Shown: positions 50,901 to 59,706 of the stretch, piece after piece | Position numbering within the stretch: position 1 is the stretch's first letter | Layout of the letters: every line of letters begins with the position of its first letter | DNA from: Octopus vulgaris | Lineage: Eukaryota | Assembly: GCA_951406725.2 (NCBI GenBank) | Contig: OX597815.1 | Span: 194,060,001 to 194,124,000, forward strand | Direction: 5' to 3' | DNA: 64,000 bases | The notes under the pieces: model-generated | Database searches by the model: none | The model's input: only the letters and a program-made list of their open reading frames with translations | What the model was told of the DNA's origin: nothing | Made by a program: the position numbers and the translations under genes

Positions 50901-53209
50901 TATGTATTGCCTTAAGTTTTTCATTGTTTGATTTGCCTAATAGTGGTTTTATCTCTAATTTAATATAATATAAATATATATATATATATATGGCGTTAGG
51001 AAGGGCATCCAGCTGTAGAAACATTGCCAGATTAGACTGGAGCCTGGTGCAGCCTTCTGGCTTCCCAGAACCCCGGTCGAACCGTCCAACCCATGCTAGC
51101 ATGGAGAACGGACGTTAAACGACGATGATGATGATGATGATATATAATAATTTTGTTATGAGGATTCTTAAGAATCAAGGTACATCAATCAGTAGGATGC
51201 CAGAAATGGCTAGGTACAATAATACTAAGCTCACAGGAAAATAAACACATTGAGGACTTCAAGTATCTGCAGAATACTGTAGGTATGCAAATACCAAATC
51301 TAGTTTATAGTCATAGATTTTACAACTGGATCTTTTGTGTGGCGTAGGTATAACAAGTAAACATGAATGGCATTTAAATTTTATGACAGCTGTTTTGGTA
51401 AATTTTGAATGACATTTGTGTTTTCTTCACACACACACACATTGTTACTTTATTTGTGTCATTCAACAAAGCGGGTAATTTTTTTTCTTTGTTGTTTGAA
51501 TGAATGAATTCCACTACATGAAGCTTTCTCTCATTTGTATACTGAAATCTAGGCGTAGGAGTGGGTGTGTGGTAAGTTGCTTGCTTACCAACCACATGAT
51601 TCTGGGTTCAGTCCCACTGCATGGCACCTTGGGCAAGTGTCGTCTACTATAGCCTCGGGCTGACCAAAGCATTGCAAGTGGATTTGGAAGACGGAAACTG
51701 AAAGAAGCCCGTCGTATATATGTATGTATACATATATATATGTATATATATATATGTTTGTGTGTCTGTGTTTGTCCCCCCCAACATCGCTTGACAACCA
51801 ATGCTGGTGTGTTTATGTCCCCGTAACTTAGCAGTTCGGCAAAAGAGGCTGATAGAATAAGTACTAGGCTTACAAAGAGTAAGTCCTGGGGTCGATTTGC
51901 TCGACTAAAAGGCGGTGCTCCAGCATAGTCGCAGTCAAATGACTGAAACAAGTAAAAGAGTCAAGTGTATATACACACAACCATGTACTTGTTTGTATGT
52001 ATGTATGTCTGTGTGTGTGTGTGTAGGTGTATATTTCAGAAGTTCACTTCCCAACCACAAGATTTCTAGTTCTGGGCCAACTAAAGCTTTGTGAATGGAT
52101 TTAGTCAGCAGAATCTGAAAGAAGCTTGTTTTTACATGTGTTTTTGTGAGTTTATTCATATATCCTTCATCTAAAATCGAGGTTCACTCACTGATTATAC
52201 ACAATGGCCTTGTTAATACGTTGTTCACTTGCAGTCTGCCACAAAGGCATGTTCGGGCTGTTGTTTGATAGACGTTTGATTATCTCACCTGCAAACATGT
52301 TGGTTCTTGGTGACAGATCATCTGGCTATAAGAAACAACGCCCCACTATACCCTCTTCTGACCTATGCAAACATGGGAAAGTAAATGTTGAAAGTGTAGT
52401 AGAATAGTGGTGGTATGTGTATGTGTTTAAATACTCACATATGTAGTGACGTCATTTTCCAGTGTGCGCACACACAACGTCAATCTTCAGTGTGCGTGTG
52501 TGGAACATCATTCTTCAGTGTGCGTGTGCGAACCAAGTGGATACCAAAACCAACGTACTTCTTTTGTAAATAAGGAAATAAAGAGATATATATATTTTTT
52601 AAGGTTGCGTTCTGGTTCCTGACTGGTAGTTTCTAGAAACTAAAGAAAGGAAATTGGTTGCACCCAAACAGTGTAAAGAATCAACCAGTTCCATTACACA
52701 TATATATACACATAGTAAATACAAGAGATTCCCAGACAAAAACAAAGTACTTGAAAACAATCCACACAGGCAGAGATGAAAAATTACGAAAATCAATCAA
52801 TATTTGATTACCCATGTACGCGTTTCAGAATTAGTTCATTATAAAGAATGTAGAATTTTTAAAGTAGAGGAAATAGCTAATGTTCTCTGGCTGCTATTTC
52901 TAAATCTTTGCTGAATCCTAATTATAAAATATTACTAAAGTTTACTGAGAAATGGTCCCTTTTCATGCCAAATTCTACTTGGTGAAATTATTGATTACTA
53001 GTTAATTAATTAATTTTACCCTTTGTTATTATTCATAGTAAATACAATGTAGATTAATTAATAATTTCTAATTGGTATCTTTATTTAATTCTATTTTCTT
53101 TGTAGGTTGTTAGTGATATAAAATCCAGGAAAAAATCAAAGGCAAACTTCTCTCAGATGCTTCAAACTACTCGCAAGCTATTGATTAACGAGCATAAAAC
53201 CATAGACAG
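20839..53209 (+). CDS. FHIP2A: FAM160B/FHIP2-like protein (FHF complex subunit, Hook-interacting protein 2); multi-exon CDS, partial at both ends
   Basis: 15 exons with AG/GT boundaries and matching phases give one open frame of 2300 nt. Peptides such as [90 protein letters not shown] and [14 protein letters not shown] match vertebrate FAM160B1/FHIP2A as I recall it. An invertebrate gene is probably co-orthologous to FHIP2A and FHIP2B. Confidence 0.93.
21026..21234. mobile_element. piggyBac-like MITE (family P2)
   Basis: TTAA|CCCTTTAGCA ... TGCTAAAGGG|TTAA. Confidence 0.8.
22060..22402 (-). mobile_element. CR1-clade LINE 3' fragment with (TAAC)n tail
   Basis: LRGHSEKL...[21 protein letters not shown]...FKASLD is the typical CR1 ORF2 C-terminus. 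Confidence 0.88.
22870..24772 (+). repeat. 26-bp minisatellite, about 70 copies, consensus cagtgctttttacctgataccatcac
   Basis: Direct tandem periodicity of 26; variant cassettes recur near 23399, 24023, 24569 and 24725. Confidence 0.97.
27568..27958 (-). mobile_element. 'Family B' retroelement 3' end (representative). More than 25 copies in both orientations, approximate: 1378-1580-, 1865-2140-, 7263-7432-, 8215-8412-, 8755-9218+, 11875-12112-, 14045-14490+, 15190-15530-, 17310-17625+, 21468-21750-, 30376-30635-, 34368-34608-, 36718-37180-, 40372-40700+, 41217-41557-, 42200-42482+, 44000-44372+, 47160-47385+, 49205-49510+, 50990-51140+, 54835-55100+
   Basis: Shared gttggcgttaggaagggcatccagctgtagaaac core, ccatgctagcatgg palindrome, (gat)n tail and variable 5' truncation. 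Confidence 0.9.
28200..28452 (+). mobile_element. Old retroelement with (gat)n tail; related copy at about 9630-9850 (-)
   Basis: Both share caag(a/g)gcatg(t/c)tccccat and gtagatc..gccacc...acaaaaccc(a/g)ga before the tail. Confidence 0.55.
28505..28935. repeat. Degenerate fold-back element; related single arm at about 25770-25930
   Basis: gatggtcata...ttgccaatta and gtgacctc are mirrored by gaggtcac and taattggcaa...tatgaccatc. Confidence 0.55.
29559..30808. mobile_element. hAT (Charlie-like) non-autonomous element with internal tandem duplication and a nested retroelement
   Basis: Ends CAGAAGTTCTCAAC / GTTTAGAACCATTG; 8-bp flanks atctacct / atctatct (7 of 8 match). Confidence 0.7.
31011..31180 (+). 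CDS. FHIP2A: FHIP2-like exon (170 nt) [19 protein letters not shown]...LYTLGKND
   Basis: tttcag acceptor, gtaagt donor; the phase 1 start completes codon GAT from the previous exon. Confidence 0.95.
31391..31495 (+). CDS. FHIP2A: FHIP2-like exon (105 nt) [13 protein letters not shown]...HINVHRAVQ
   Basis: ctctag acceptor, CAG|gtaagg donor; conserved peptide. Confidence 0.95.
31871..31993 (+). CDS. FHIP2A: FHIP2-like exon (123 nt) RLIKICGE...[10 protein letters not shown]
   Basis: tatag acceptor, GAG|gtgagt donor; conserved ENEEIQFLC and [10 protein letters not shown]. Confidence 0.95.
32033..32345 (+). mobile_element. tRNA-derived SINE: 'D' head with V-like 3' half
   Basis: gacccagtggttagggcagcggactcgcggtcg...gtttcgattcc head; the 3' half matches the SINE at 6478-6737. 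Confidence 0.75.
32366..32695 (+). mobile_element. tRNA-derived SINE (ggctcagtggttagagcg head)
   Basis: A-box TGGCTCAGTGG, B-box GAGTTCAAATC, gttgtgttcttgagcaagacact core, distinct tail. Confidence 0.75.
33462..33590 (+). CDS. FHIP2A: FHIP2-like exon (129 nt) VPKNSEGPK...[14 protein letters not shown]
   Basis: Long T tract with tttag acceptor, GAG|gtatgt donor, phase 0-0; Y..VNSLL motif. Confidence 0.88.
33638..33920 (+). mobile_element. tRNA-derived SINE: 'D' head with cacgtgat tail
   Basis: Same head as the 32033 copy but a different 3' half ending gtcacgtgatcacgtgat. Confidence 0.75.
34860..36172 (+). repeat. 284-bp tandem repeat, about 4.6 nearly identical copies
   Basis: aatacac(g/t)atggttgattatag starts at 34861, 35145, 35430, 35714 and 35998. 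Confidence 0.97.
37427..37620 (+). CDS. FHIP2A: FHIP2-like exon (194 nt) [14 protein letters not shown]...VYAKWG
   Basis: aacag acceptor, GG|gtaaat donor, phase 0-2. Confidence 0.95.
38355..38546 (+). CDS. FHIP2A: FHIP2-like exon (192 nt) LDGISE...[20 protein letters not shown]...EPAIMQT
   Basis: ttccag acceptor, AC|gtaatt donor, phase 2-2. Confidence 0.95.
39230..39476 (-). mobile_element. Second copy of the same RTE LINE 3' end, inserted into the microsatellite of a SINE
   Basis: ORF 39234..39476 [26 protein letters not shown]..., nearly identical to 11365-11610. Confidence 0.85.
40146..40225 (+). CDS. FHIP2A: FHIP2-like exon (80 nt) [26 protein letters not shown]
   Basis: ctgcag acceptor, G|gtaaat donor; phase 2-1 bridges the neighbouring exons exactly. 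Confidence 0.9.
41865..41974 (+). CDS. FHIP2A: FHIP2-like exon (110 nt) [10 protein letters not shown]...[12 protein letters not shown]
   Basis: ttgtag acceptor, GAG|gtactg donor, phase 1-0. Confidence 0.92.
43043..43235 (+). CDS. FHIP2A: FHIP2-like exon (193 nt) [15 protein letters not shown]...YNLVLRNLE...DSITI
   Basis: ttgcag acceptor, G|gtaggt donor; phase 1 is required by the next exon. Confidence 0.9.
43427..43850 (+). mobile_element. tRNA-derived SINE 'family C', body-duplicated form (representative). Others, approximate: 1620-1846-, 5244-5640+, 18621-19170+, 22500-22735+, 26342-26575-, 39836-39980+, 46220-46625-, 48373-48760+, 49725-49890-, 56627-57240+, 62955-63185+
   Basis: Head ggcggcgagctggcagaaacgttagc, B-box gagttcaaattc, core gtcgactttgcctttcatcctttcggggtcgat, tail aaagaaatag; target duplication ggtatttcacctgg. 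Confidence 0.9.
45163..45613 (+). CDS. FHIP2A: FHIP2-like exon (451 nt): acidic, Ser/Gln-rich linker ending in SEVHKVIN
   Basis: atcag acceptor in phase 1, AG|gtaagg donor in phase 2; overlaps ORF 45168..45617 and ends in the conserved EVHK.IN motif. The acceptor position is less certain than the donor. Confidence 0.85.
45778..45868 (+). CDS. FHIP2A: FHIP2-like exon (91 nt) [12 protein letters not shown]...[12 protein letters not shown]
   Basis: ttgtag acceptor, CAG|gtgagg donor. Confidence 0.95.
46996..47133 (+). CDS. FHIP2A: FHIP2-like exon (138 nt) [14 protein letters not shown]...[11 protein letters not shown]...LHQ
   Basis: gacag acceptor, CAG|gtttgt donor; W.WP and FYEG.FL motifs. Confidence 0.93.
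48960..49148 (+). mobile_element. CR1-clade LINE 3' fragment related to 22060-22402
   Basis: [31 protein letters not shown] followed by a similar 3' UTR. Confidence 0.8.
50380..50520 (+). CDS. FHIP2A: FHIP2-like exon (141 nt) [21 protein letters not shown]...YSVLQK
   Basis: ttgcag acceptor, AAG|gtcagt donor. Confidence 0.95.
50666..50973. repeat. Near-perfect AT-rich inverted repeat (arms about 139 bp, spacer about 29 nt)
   Basis: 50666-50804 is the reverse complement of 50834-50973 with very few mismatches. Confidence 0.9.
53106..53209 (+). CDS. FHIP2A: FHIP2-like exon (104 nt) [34 protein letters not shown]
   Basis: ttgtag acceptor, AG|gtaagc donor (phase 2); matches the VV.D....R....F...L...RK.L pattern. 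Confidence 0.9.
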
Positions 53210-53503
53210 GTAAGCAACTACCTTCGTCACCTTTGTCAGCATGTTAGTTCCTTTGACATGCATAGAAGAATGTCTCTCTTGATTGCTACTAATTACTTTT
53301 TAGCATGCATCATTCAACTGATGTCAGCAACATGGTACTGAATGCGATTTAGAAGTGTTGGAGAGGAAAGATGAATGTAAACCAAATTTATTTAGTGTTT
53401 TGTTAAACTTTTATTTTTGAAGTATTTTGAATGAAAAGAAAAACATTTATGGAAAATGAAATACTTATACTCAAAGAGTGAGAAATTTTAATAACATATA
53501 TTA

Positions 53504-53747
53504 AATATTCTGTTGTGTATGGGGAGAGTCTTTTTTTTTTTGCGCCTTGTAATTTAACACACTCGCCGGTAAAATTTCCACTTATTTCTTATTTTTATTT
53601 TCCTAAAATTTTCATTGCATCTTGCTAATTTTTCAATAAGGTTGCAAGATGCAATGAAAATAAGAAATAAGTCGAAATTTTATCAGTGAGTGTGTTAAAT
53701 TAAAAGGCACAAAAAGAAAATGACTCTCCTCAGACACAACAGAATAT
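53504..53747. repeat. Inverted-repeat form of a dispersed element; single arms at about 330-462 and 61088-61222
   Basis: atattctgttgtgt...ttgcatcttgc is mirrored by gcaagatgcaa...acacaacagaatat. Confidence 0.8.
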
Positions 53748-55199
53748 GCTTCAACACAAAAAACTCACATAAAGAATCTTGCATACCAAATCCCAAAATG
53801 AAATATATTAAATAGTTATTTGATATGTTCTGTATATTTTGGTTGTGAGGTTTCAAACTGATAAAACCAAGAGCTTCATTAACCAAAATCAGTATTTAGG
53901 CAATATGAAATTGAAGCTGGAGCTTGAATTGAAATTCAACAATATATTGGGGTTCTTTTTCTTGCTATCCACCTTTATGTCTTGTTTATTGAATACACTA
54001 CTGGACCAGTTATCTTGCAATCATCATCATCGTCGTCATCATCGTTTAATGTCCACCTTCCATGCCTGCACCAGACTTCTGTGTCTGTTTTGGCAGGGAT
54101 TTTAATGGCTGGATGCCCTTCCTAACACCAACCACCCAGCAGAATGGACTGAGTGCTTTTTACATGGCACAAGCACAGGCGAGGTCAGTTTGGCATGGTT
54201 TTATACAACTGGATGCCCTTCCAAACACCAACCACTTTACAGTGTGGGTGGGATGCTTTTTAAGTGGCACCAGCATTGATAGGGTCACCAAGTAACGTGC
54301 AAGAAAAAGATCCTTTGGAAGGGGAAGGGGCATTAGAGGAGGGAATCTTGAGATTGGAATGTCTGCTTTTCTGGAGAGAGTCTAAATATATATTTAAAAT
54401 ATAAAATGAGATATGGAAAGTGCAGAGCTAAATTGTATTGAACGGATTCAAATTAATAGATTTCTGTTTGATATTTATTAATCCTCTTGCCATATCACAC
54501 TGTATCATGTATACAGTATAATGTTTATATTAACATACTGTATCATGATATATATAATGATATATCATACTGGATCAAGTATACAGTATAATGTTTATAG
54601 GATGAAAATTAAAATGCAAAGCATGATTTAACAGATACAGGTTGTCCGCATCTGGCTCAAATATTCTACCTGTTTTATGTTCAAACTGGCCAGATTCTGC
54701 CTTTCACACTTACCATACAATGTCTCTAAAAATATACAATCACATCATCAAAATCTCAAAGCTACAAGTTAATGCATGATAATGTGAGTAAATGAGTATT
54801 ACATTTGACAATGCTAAAGGATTAATCTTTATCAATTTGCCAGTGCTGCTGGACTGGCTCCTGTGCAGGTGACACATAAAAAGCACCATTTGAGCATGGC
54901 CATTGCCAGTACCGCCTGACTGACCCTCATGCCAGTGGCATGTAAAAGCACCCACTACACTCTCAGAGTGGTTGGCATTAGGGAGGGCATCCAGCTGTAG
55001 AAACTCTGCCAGATCAGATTGTAGTCTGGTTCGCCAGACCTCAGTCAAATCATCCAACCCATGCTAGCATGGGAAGTGGATGTTAAACGATGATGATGAT
55101 GAATCTACTTCAGAAAGTAAAGAACAAAATTATTTTTAACACTCTACGTGCAAATTAACCAACTTCAAAAGCAGGGTCCGTATACTCAGCACAGAGTGC

Positions 55200-55941
55200 A
55201 GTATATTGCAGTGCAATGTCAGTGCGCATGTTCAACAGAGTGTAAGCATCTTGAGAGAAAAGTTAGGCATAAGAGGCATCAGATGTGGTGTTTTTGAGAG
55301 ATGACTGTGTTGGTATGGTCATGTGTTGCATATGGACAAGGACAGTTGTGTAAAGAAGTGCCAATCTGTAACTGGAGGGAACCTGTGGCAGAGGTAGACT
55401 CAGGAAGACATAGAACTAGGTGGTGAGGCATGATCTTTGAATTTTGAGCCTCACAGAGGTAATGACTAGTGACTGAAACCTTTGGCAATGTGCTATATTT
55501 GAGAGGACCCATCAAGCCAAGTTCACCTGTACTGGTGGCATGTAAAGAATATTCGAGCATTGGGCCTCATGGAGGCAAAGTGGCTGAGTTCCTTTCCAGC
55601 GTTGGACCTCATGGAGATAATGACCGAAACCTTAGGCATTATGTTGTGCTTAAGAAGAAGATCCATCAAGCTGAGCAAACTCACAGTAGTGGCAGATACC
55701 GGTGTCACACAAATTGGCACCCATGCCAGTGGCATGTAAAAGCACCCAGGTGTTGTGCACATGGCACCTGTCCTGATGGCACGTAAAAGCACCCATTACA
55801 CTCTCGGAGTGGTTGGCGTTAGGAAAGGCATCCAACCCTAGAAAACCACGCCAAATCAGACTGGAGTCTGGTGCAGCCTTCCAGCTTACCAGCCCTGGTC
55901 AAACCATGCCAACATGGACAATGGATGTTAAATGATGATGA
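55200..55941 (+). mobile_element. Decayed RTE-type LINE 3' ORF remnant continuous with the abundant 'family B' repeat
   Basis: RLCWYGHVLHMDKDSCVKKC..GRGR motif, then family B modules and a (gat)n tail. Confidence 0.75.
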
Positions 55942-56019
55942 TCGCACAGTATTTTCGGATTTCTGGAAATTCTGGATTTCTTGAAGCTAAATAAGAGGTC
56001 CGGTACTGTATTAGTTTAA

Positions 56020-56238
56020 CCCTTTAGTGTTCTGATTATTCAATCAAACATAATGCTAATTTATTCCCATTGATTTGAATTAATCATGCATTATCTCATA
56101 TCTTCAAGATCTTGATGGTGTAATTACATAATGTAGAATAACATTGTAGGGTAGGTGTGAGAGCCTGGATCTGGTCAGTTTGAACATAAAACAGATTAAA
56201 TATTTTGGCCGGATATGGCCGGTTTAAATACTAAAGGG
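56020..56238. mobile_element. piggyBac-like MITE (family P2)
   Basis: TTAA|CCCTTTAGT ... ACTAAAGGG|TTAA; body shared with the 21026 copy. Confidence 0.8.
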
Positions 56239-57878
56239 TTAAGCTTGAATTTCAATTTCATATTTAAAAGAAAATCTTAGAGTTAAATGTTTTTCCTCTC
56301 TTGGGTTTTAGTCTATTGGAATTCTGAAGTCGAGAAATTTGCCAGTTTTTTTTTAATTTATAAGTTTGACAGCAATAAAGTTTGTAAATCTCAGGAGAAT
56401 TAAAAAATGCTCAAGAATGTAACAGTTATTTTGGCATTTAGACTCCTAAATACCAATGATGACTCAGTTGATTTTTTTTTTTTTTTTTTTTTTTACTATG
56501 TTATAGCATGTCCATATCATATCTTTTTTTGGTTCTGCATGTTTAAATAGTTTTTTTTTTTACCTTTTTCTTTGTCATGTTGATATGTGAATAAATTTTC
56601 TTTTTTTTACTTTCAATCTGTTCAACAGAGCTAACAGAAACATTAGCATGCCAGGCGAAATGCTTAGCGGTATTTCGTCTGTCTTTATGTTCTGAGTTCA
56701 AATTCCGCCCAGGTTGACTTTGCCTTTCATCCTTTCGGGGTTGATAAATTAAGTATCAGTTGCATACTGGGGTTAGTCTAACTGACTGGACCCTCCCCAT
56801 ACATTTTGGGCCTTGTGCCTAGAGTAGAAAAGAATATTAAATTCAAGGAAGGCAATGAGCTGACAAATGCTTAGCAGTATTTCATCTGCTGCTACATTCT
56901 GAGTTCAAATTCCGCCAAGGTTGACTTTGCCTTTCATCCTTTTGGGGTCGATTAAATAAGTACCAGTTATGCACTGGGGTCGATGTAATCAACTTAATCC
57001 GTTTGTCCCCTCTGTGTGTAGCCCCCTGTGAGCAGTAAAGAAATAAAAAATGTTAGCATACCAGGTGAAATGCTTAGTGGTATTTCATCTGTCTTTACGT
57101 TCTGAGTTCAAATTCTGCCGAGGTCATCTTTGCCTTTCATCCTTACGGTGTCAATGAATAAAGTACCAGTTGCATACTAATCTAATTGACTGCCCCCCCC
57201 CCCCCCCCATTTCAGGCCTTGTGCCTAAAGTAGATAAGAATCTGTTCGAGGAGGTTTTCCCCTCCCACTCTGATAATAATTATAAGGGGATTTTATGAGC
57301 TTCTGTCACTTAGTAGTCTTTATATTATTCATAACTATGTCATCTTAACTTTTTTTGATCCAGTTAAAAATTACTAAGATTTTAAAATTTATTTATTTAT
57401 TTCATTTAAGTGCATAAAAATCAATATTTTTGTTTCTTTGAATGACAGTGACATTATCATCATCATCATCATCATCGTTTAACGTCCGTTTTCCATGCTT
57501 TCAAAATTTTATCCCTATAGTGGTTTGGGATTTAACTGTTCTCTCTAGCGTGCAAGGTATCCTATGATGGATGCCACTTATGTGTTTAAATGTACACTGT
57601 ATTTATATATATATATATATATATATATTTAGACTTGTACAAAATAAATCCCCTCAGACATGAAACAATCAAGTACTTTAAAATAAAAACAATTGATCCT
57701 TAAGGTTACGAACACTCCTCTTCTCACTGGAATTGTTGGTAAGAGGTGAGGTTGAGTAGACTTGATATTGTTCTGAAGTTGAGTAGAAGAAAGATTTGTC
57801 CAACATCGACTTAAATCTTTTCTCACTGAGGAACTGAGCAGATGCAGATTTTTCTGGAGAATTTCATTGTCCACTTAA

Positions 57879-58099
57879 CCCTTTAGTGTTCAGATTACTC
57901 TGTTAAATGTAATGCTTTTTTATTTAAATTGTTTTGAATTAATCATGCATTACCTTATAACTTTGAGGTTTCAATGATGTGATTGTTTATTTTTAGACTG
58001 TCAATGTAGGTTAGGTGTGAGAGGCTAGATATGGCCAGTTTGAATATAAAATATGTAGAATATATTGGGCCGGATTTGGCCAGTTTAAACACTAAAGAG
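57879..58099. mobile_element. piggyBac-like MITE (family P2)
   Basis: TTAA|CCCTTTAGTG ... CACTAAAGAG|TTAA. Confidence 0.8.
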
Positions 58100-58660
58100 T
58101 TAATGTAGATGAAAGACTGTTTGATTTTGCTGCACAGTACTTTGGTCTTATACTATAAGCCTGGGTTGACCCCCTAGCATTCTGAGTGAAAACTAGTTGA
58201 CTGAAACAGTGTGAAAACCCATTGGATTGACTGTACTATATCTTCCTTTGCGTAGTAAGCTTACAGTATTTACAAACACACCACAATAATAGGTTTTGAT
58301 AAACATCGTTGCTTGGTAATTTTGCTGGTGTCACATAAATTCTGTAAATGGTTAGCATTAAAAAGTGCATTCAACCATGGAAACCATGAGAAAACAGTCT
58401 TGTGGCTTGCCGGTTCCTGACTGTATGACTCATGCCAGTATGGAAAATGGAGATTACCCCTTTAGCATTTAAACCAAGGGCGTTAGGAAGGGCATCCAGT
58501 TGTAGAAACCATGTCTACCAAACCATCCAGCCCATGCCAGCATGGGAAATGGACATAAAATGATAAATATGATGAACTATGTGGTCACTCAATGTAGCTT
58601 TTTCAATAAATTATGGATGTCTCTTTTAATTTCTAAATTTCAGGGCAAAGTTACCTTTAA

Positions 58661-58881
58661 CCCTTTAGTGTTCAGATTAATCTGTTAAATGTAATACTTT
58701 TTTCACTCAAATTATTTTCAATTAATCATACATTATCTTGCAGCTTTGAAGTTTCAATGGTGTGATAGTTTATTCTTAGAATGTCAATGTAGGTTAGGTG
58801 TGAGGGGCTAGATATGGCCAGGCTGAATGTAAAACATGTAGGATATTTGGGCCAGATATGGCCAGCTTTAACACCAAAGGG
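58661..58881. mobile_element. piggyBac-like MITE (family P2); another copy in opposite orientation at about 54630-54820
   Basis: TTAA|CCCTTTAGTG ... CACCAAAGGG|TTAA. Confidence 0.8.
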
Positions 58882-58935
58882 TTAATGAAAGGGTTATTGT
58901 CACTAAAAAAAAAAGAAATTCTAAATGTTTACTTT

Positions 58936-59378
58936 GTTATAGTTATGTCTATAATATGGGACAAGTGTTATAATATGTTATAGTTATGTCTATAATATGG
59001 GACAAGTGTTATAATGTTATAGTTATGTCTATAATATGGGACAAGTGTTATAATATGTTATAGTTATGTCTATACTATGGGACAAGTGTTATAATATGTT
59101 ATAGTTATGTCTATAATATAGGACAAGTGTTATAATATGTTATAGTTATGTCTATAATATAGGACAAGTGTTATAATATGTTATAGTTATGTCTATAATA
59201 TGGGACAAGTGTTATAATATGTTATAGTTATGTCTATAATATAGGACAAGTGTTATAATATGTTATAGTTATGTCTATAATATGGGACAAGTGTTATAAT
59301 ATGTTATAGTTATGTCTATAATATGGGACAAGTGTTATAATATGTTATAGTTATGTCTATACTATGGGACAAGCGTTA
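58936..59378 (+). repeat. 41-bp minisatellite, about 11 copies (gttatagttatgtctataatatgggacaagtgttataatat)
   Basis: Direct tandem periodicity; one unit is 39 bp. Confidence 0.97.
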
Positions 59379-59673
59379 GGTTTGCATTCAATAAAAAGGG
59401 TCAATAATAGGTGAAGCAAAGTGATACCGGAATGTATTATTTTTCTCTTTGCTTCCCTGTTGTCTTGTTATTTATTCTAAATTTCGGTTGCCTTGTCTTA
59501 AACTCGCCCTGCATGCTTTTACTATTTATGAAATCCAAGATGTGACGATCAACCACTTTAATCGTTATTTCTTCTTTTTTTTTTTTTTTTAATTTAATTT
59601 TATTTTGTTTTTAACTAATTATATATTTACTTCTGTGCATGTGTGTGTTTGTCTTCAAATGACTTGTCTGCAG

Positions 59674-59706
59674 CATGCGGCATGAAAGTGTCCCGCCAAT
59701 TTTCTG
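59674..59706 (+). CDS. Candidate 33-nt cassette mini-exon, (S)MRHESVPPIF
   Basis: ctgcag acceptor, TG|gtaagt consensus donor, length divisible by 3, open in the phase 2 frame left by exon 53106-53209. Confidence 0.5.

Noticed and set aside
1404-51951. Recurrent ORFs such as MLAWVGRF...[12 protein letters not shown] and [27 protein letters not shown]
   Set aside because: These are translations of the non-coding family A, B and C repeats. Frames shift between copies and there is no splice or domain support.
52430-52590. Possible Helitron end with short cagtgtgcg repeats
   Set aside because: No clear 3' hairpin with a CTRR terminus; too short to classify.
52810-52895. GAAACGCGUA on the minus strand resembling a hammerhead stem III
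   Set aside because: No CUGANGA found in the required position; at best a truncated remnant.
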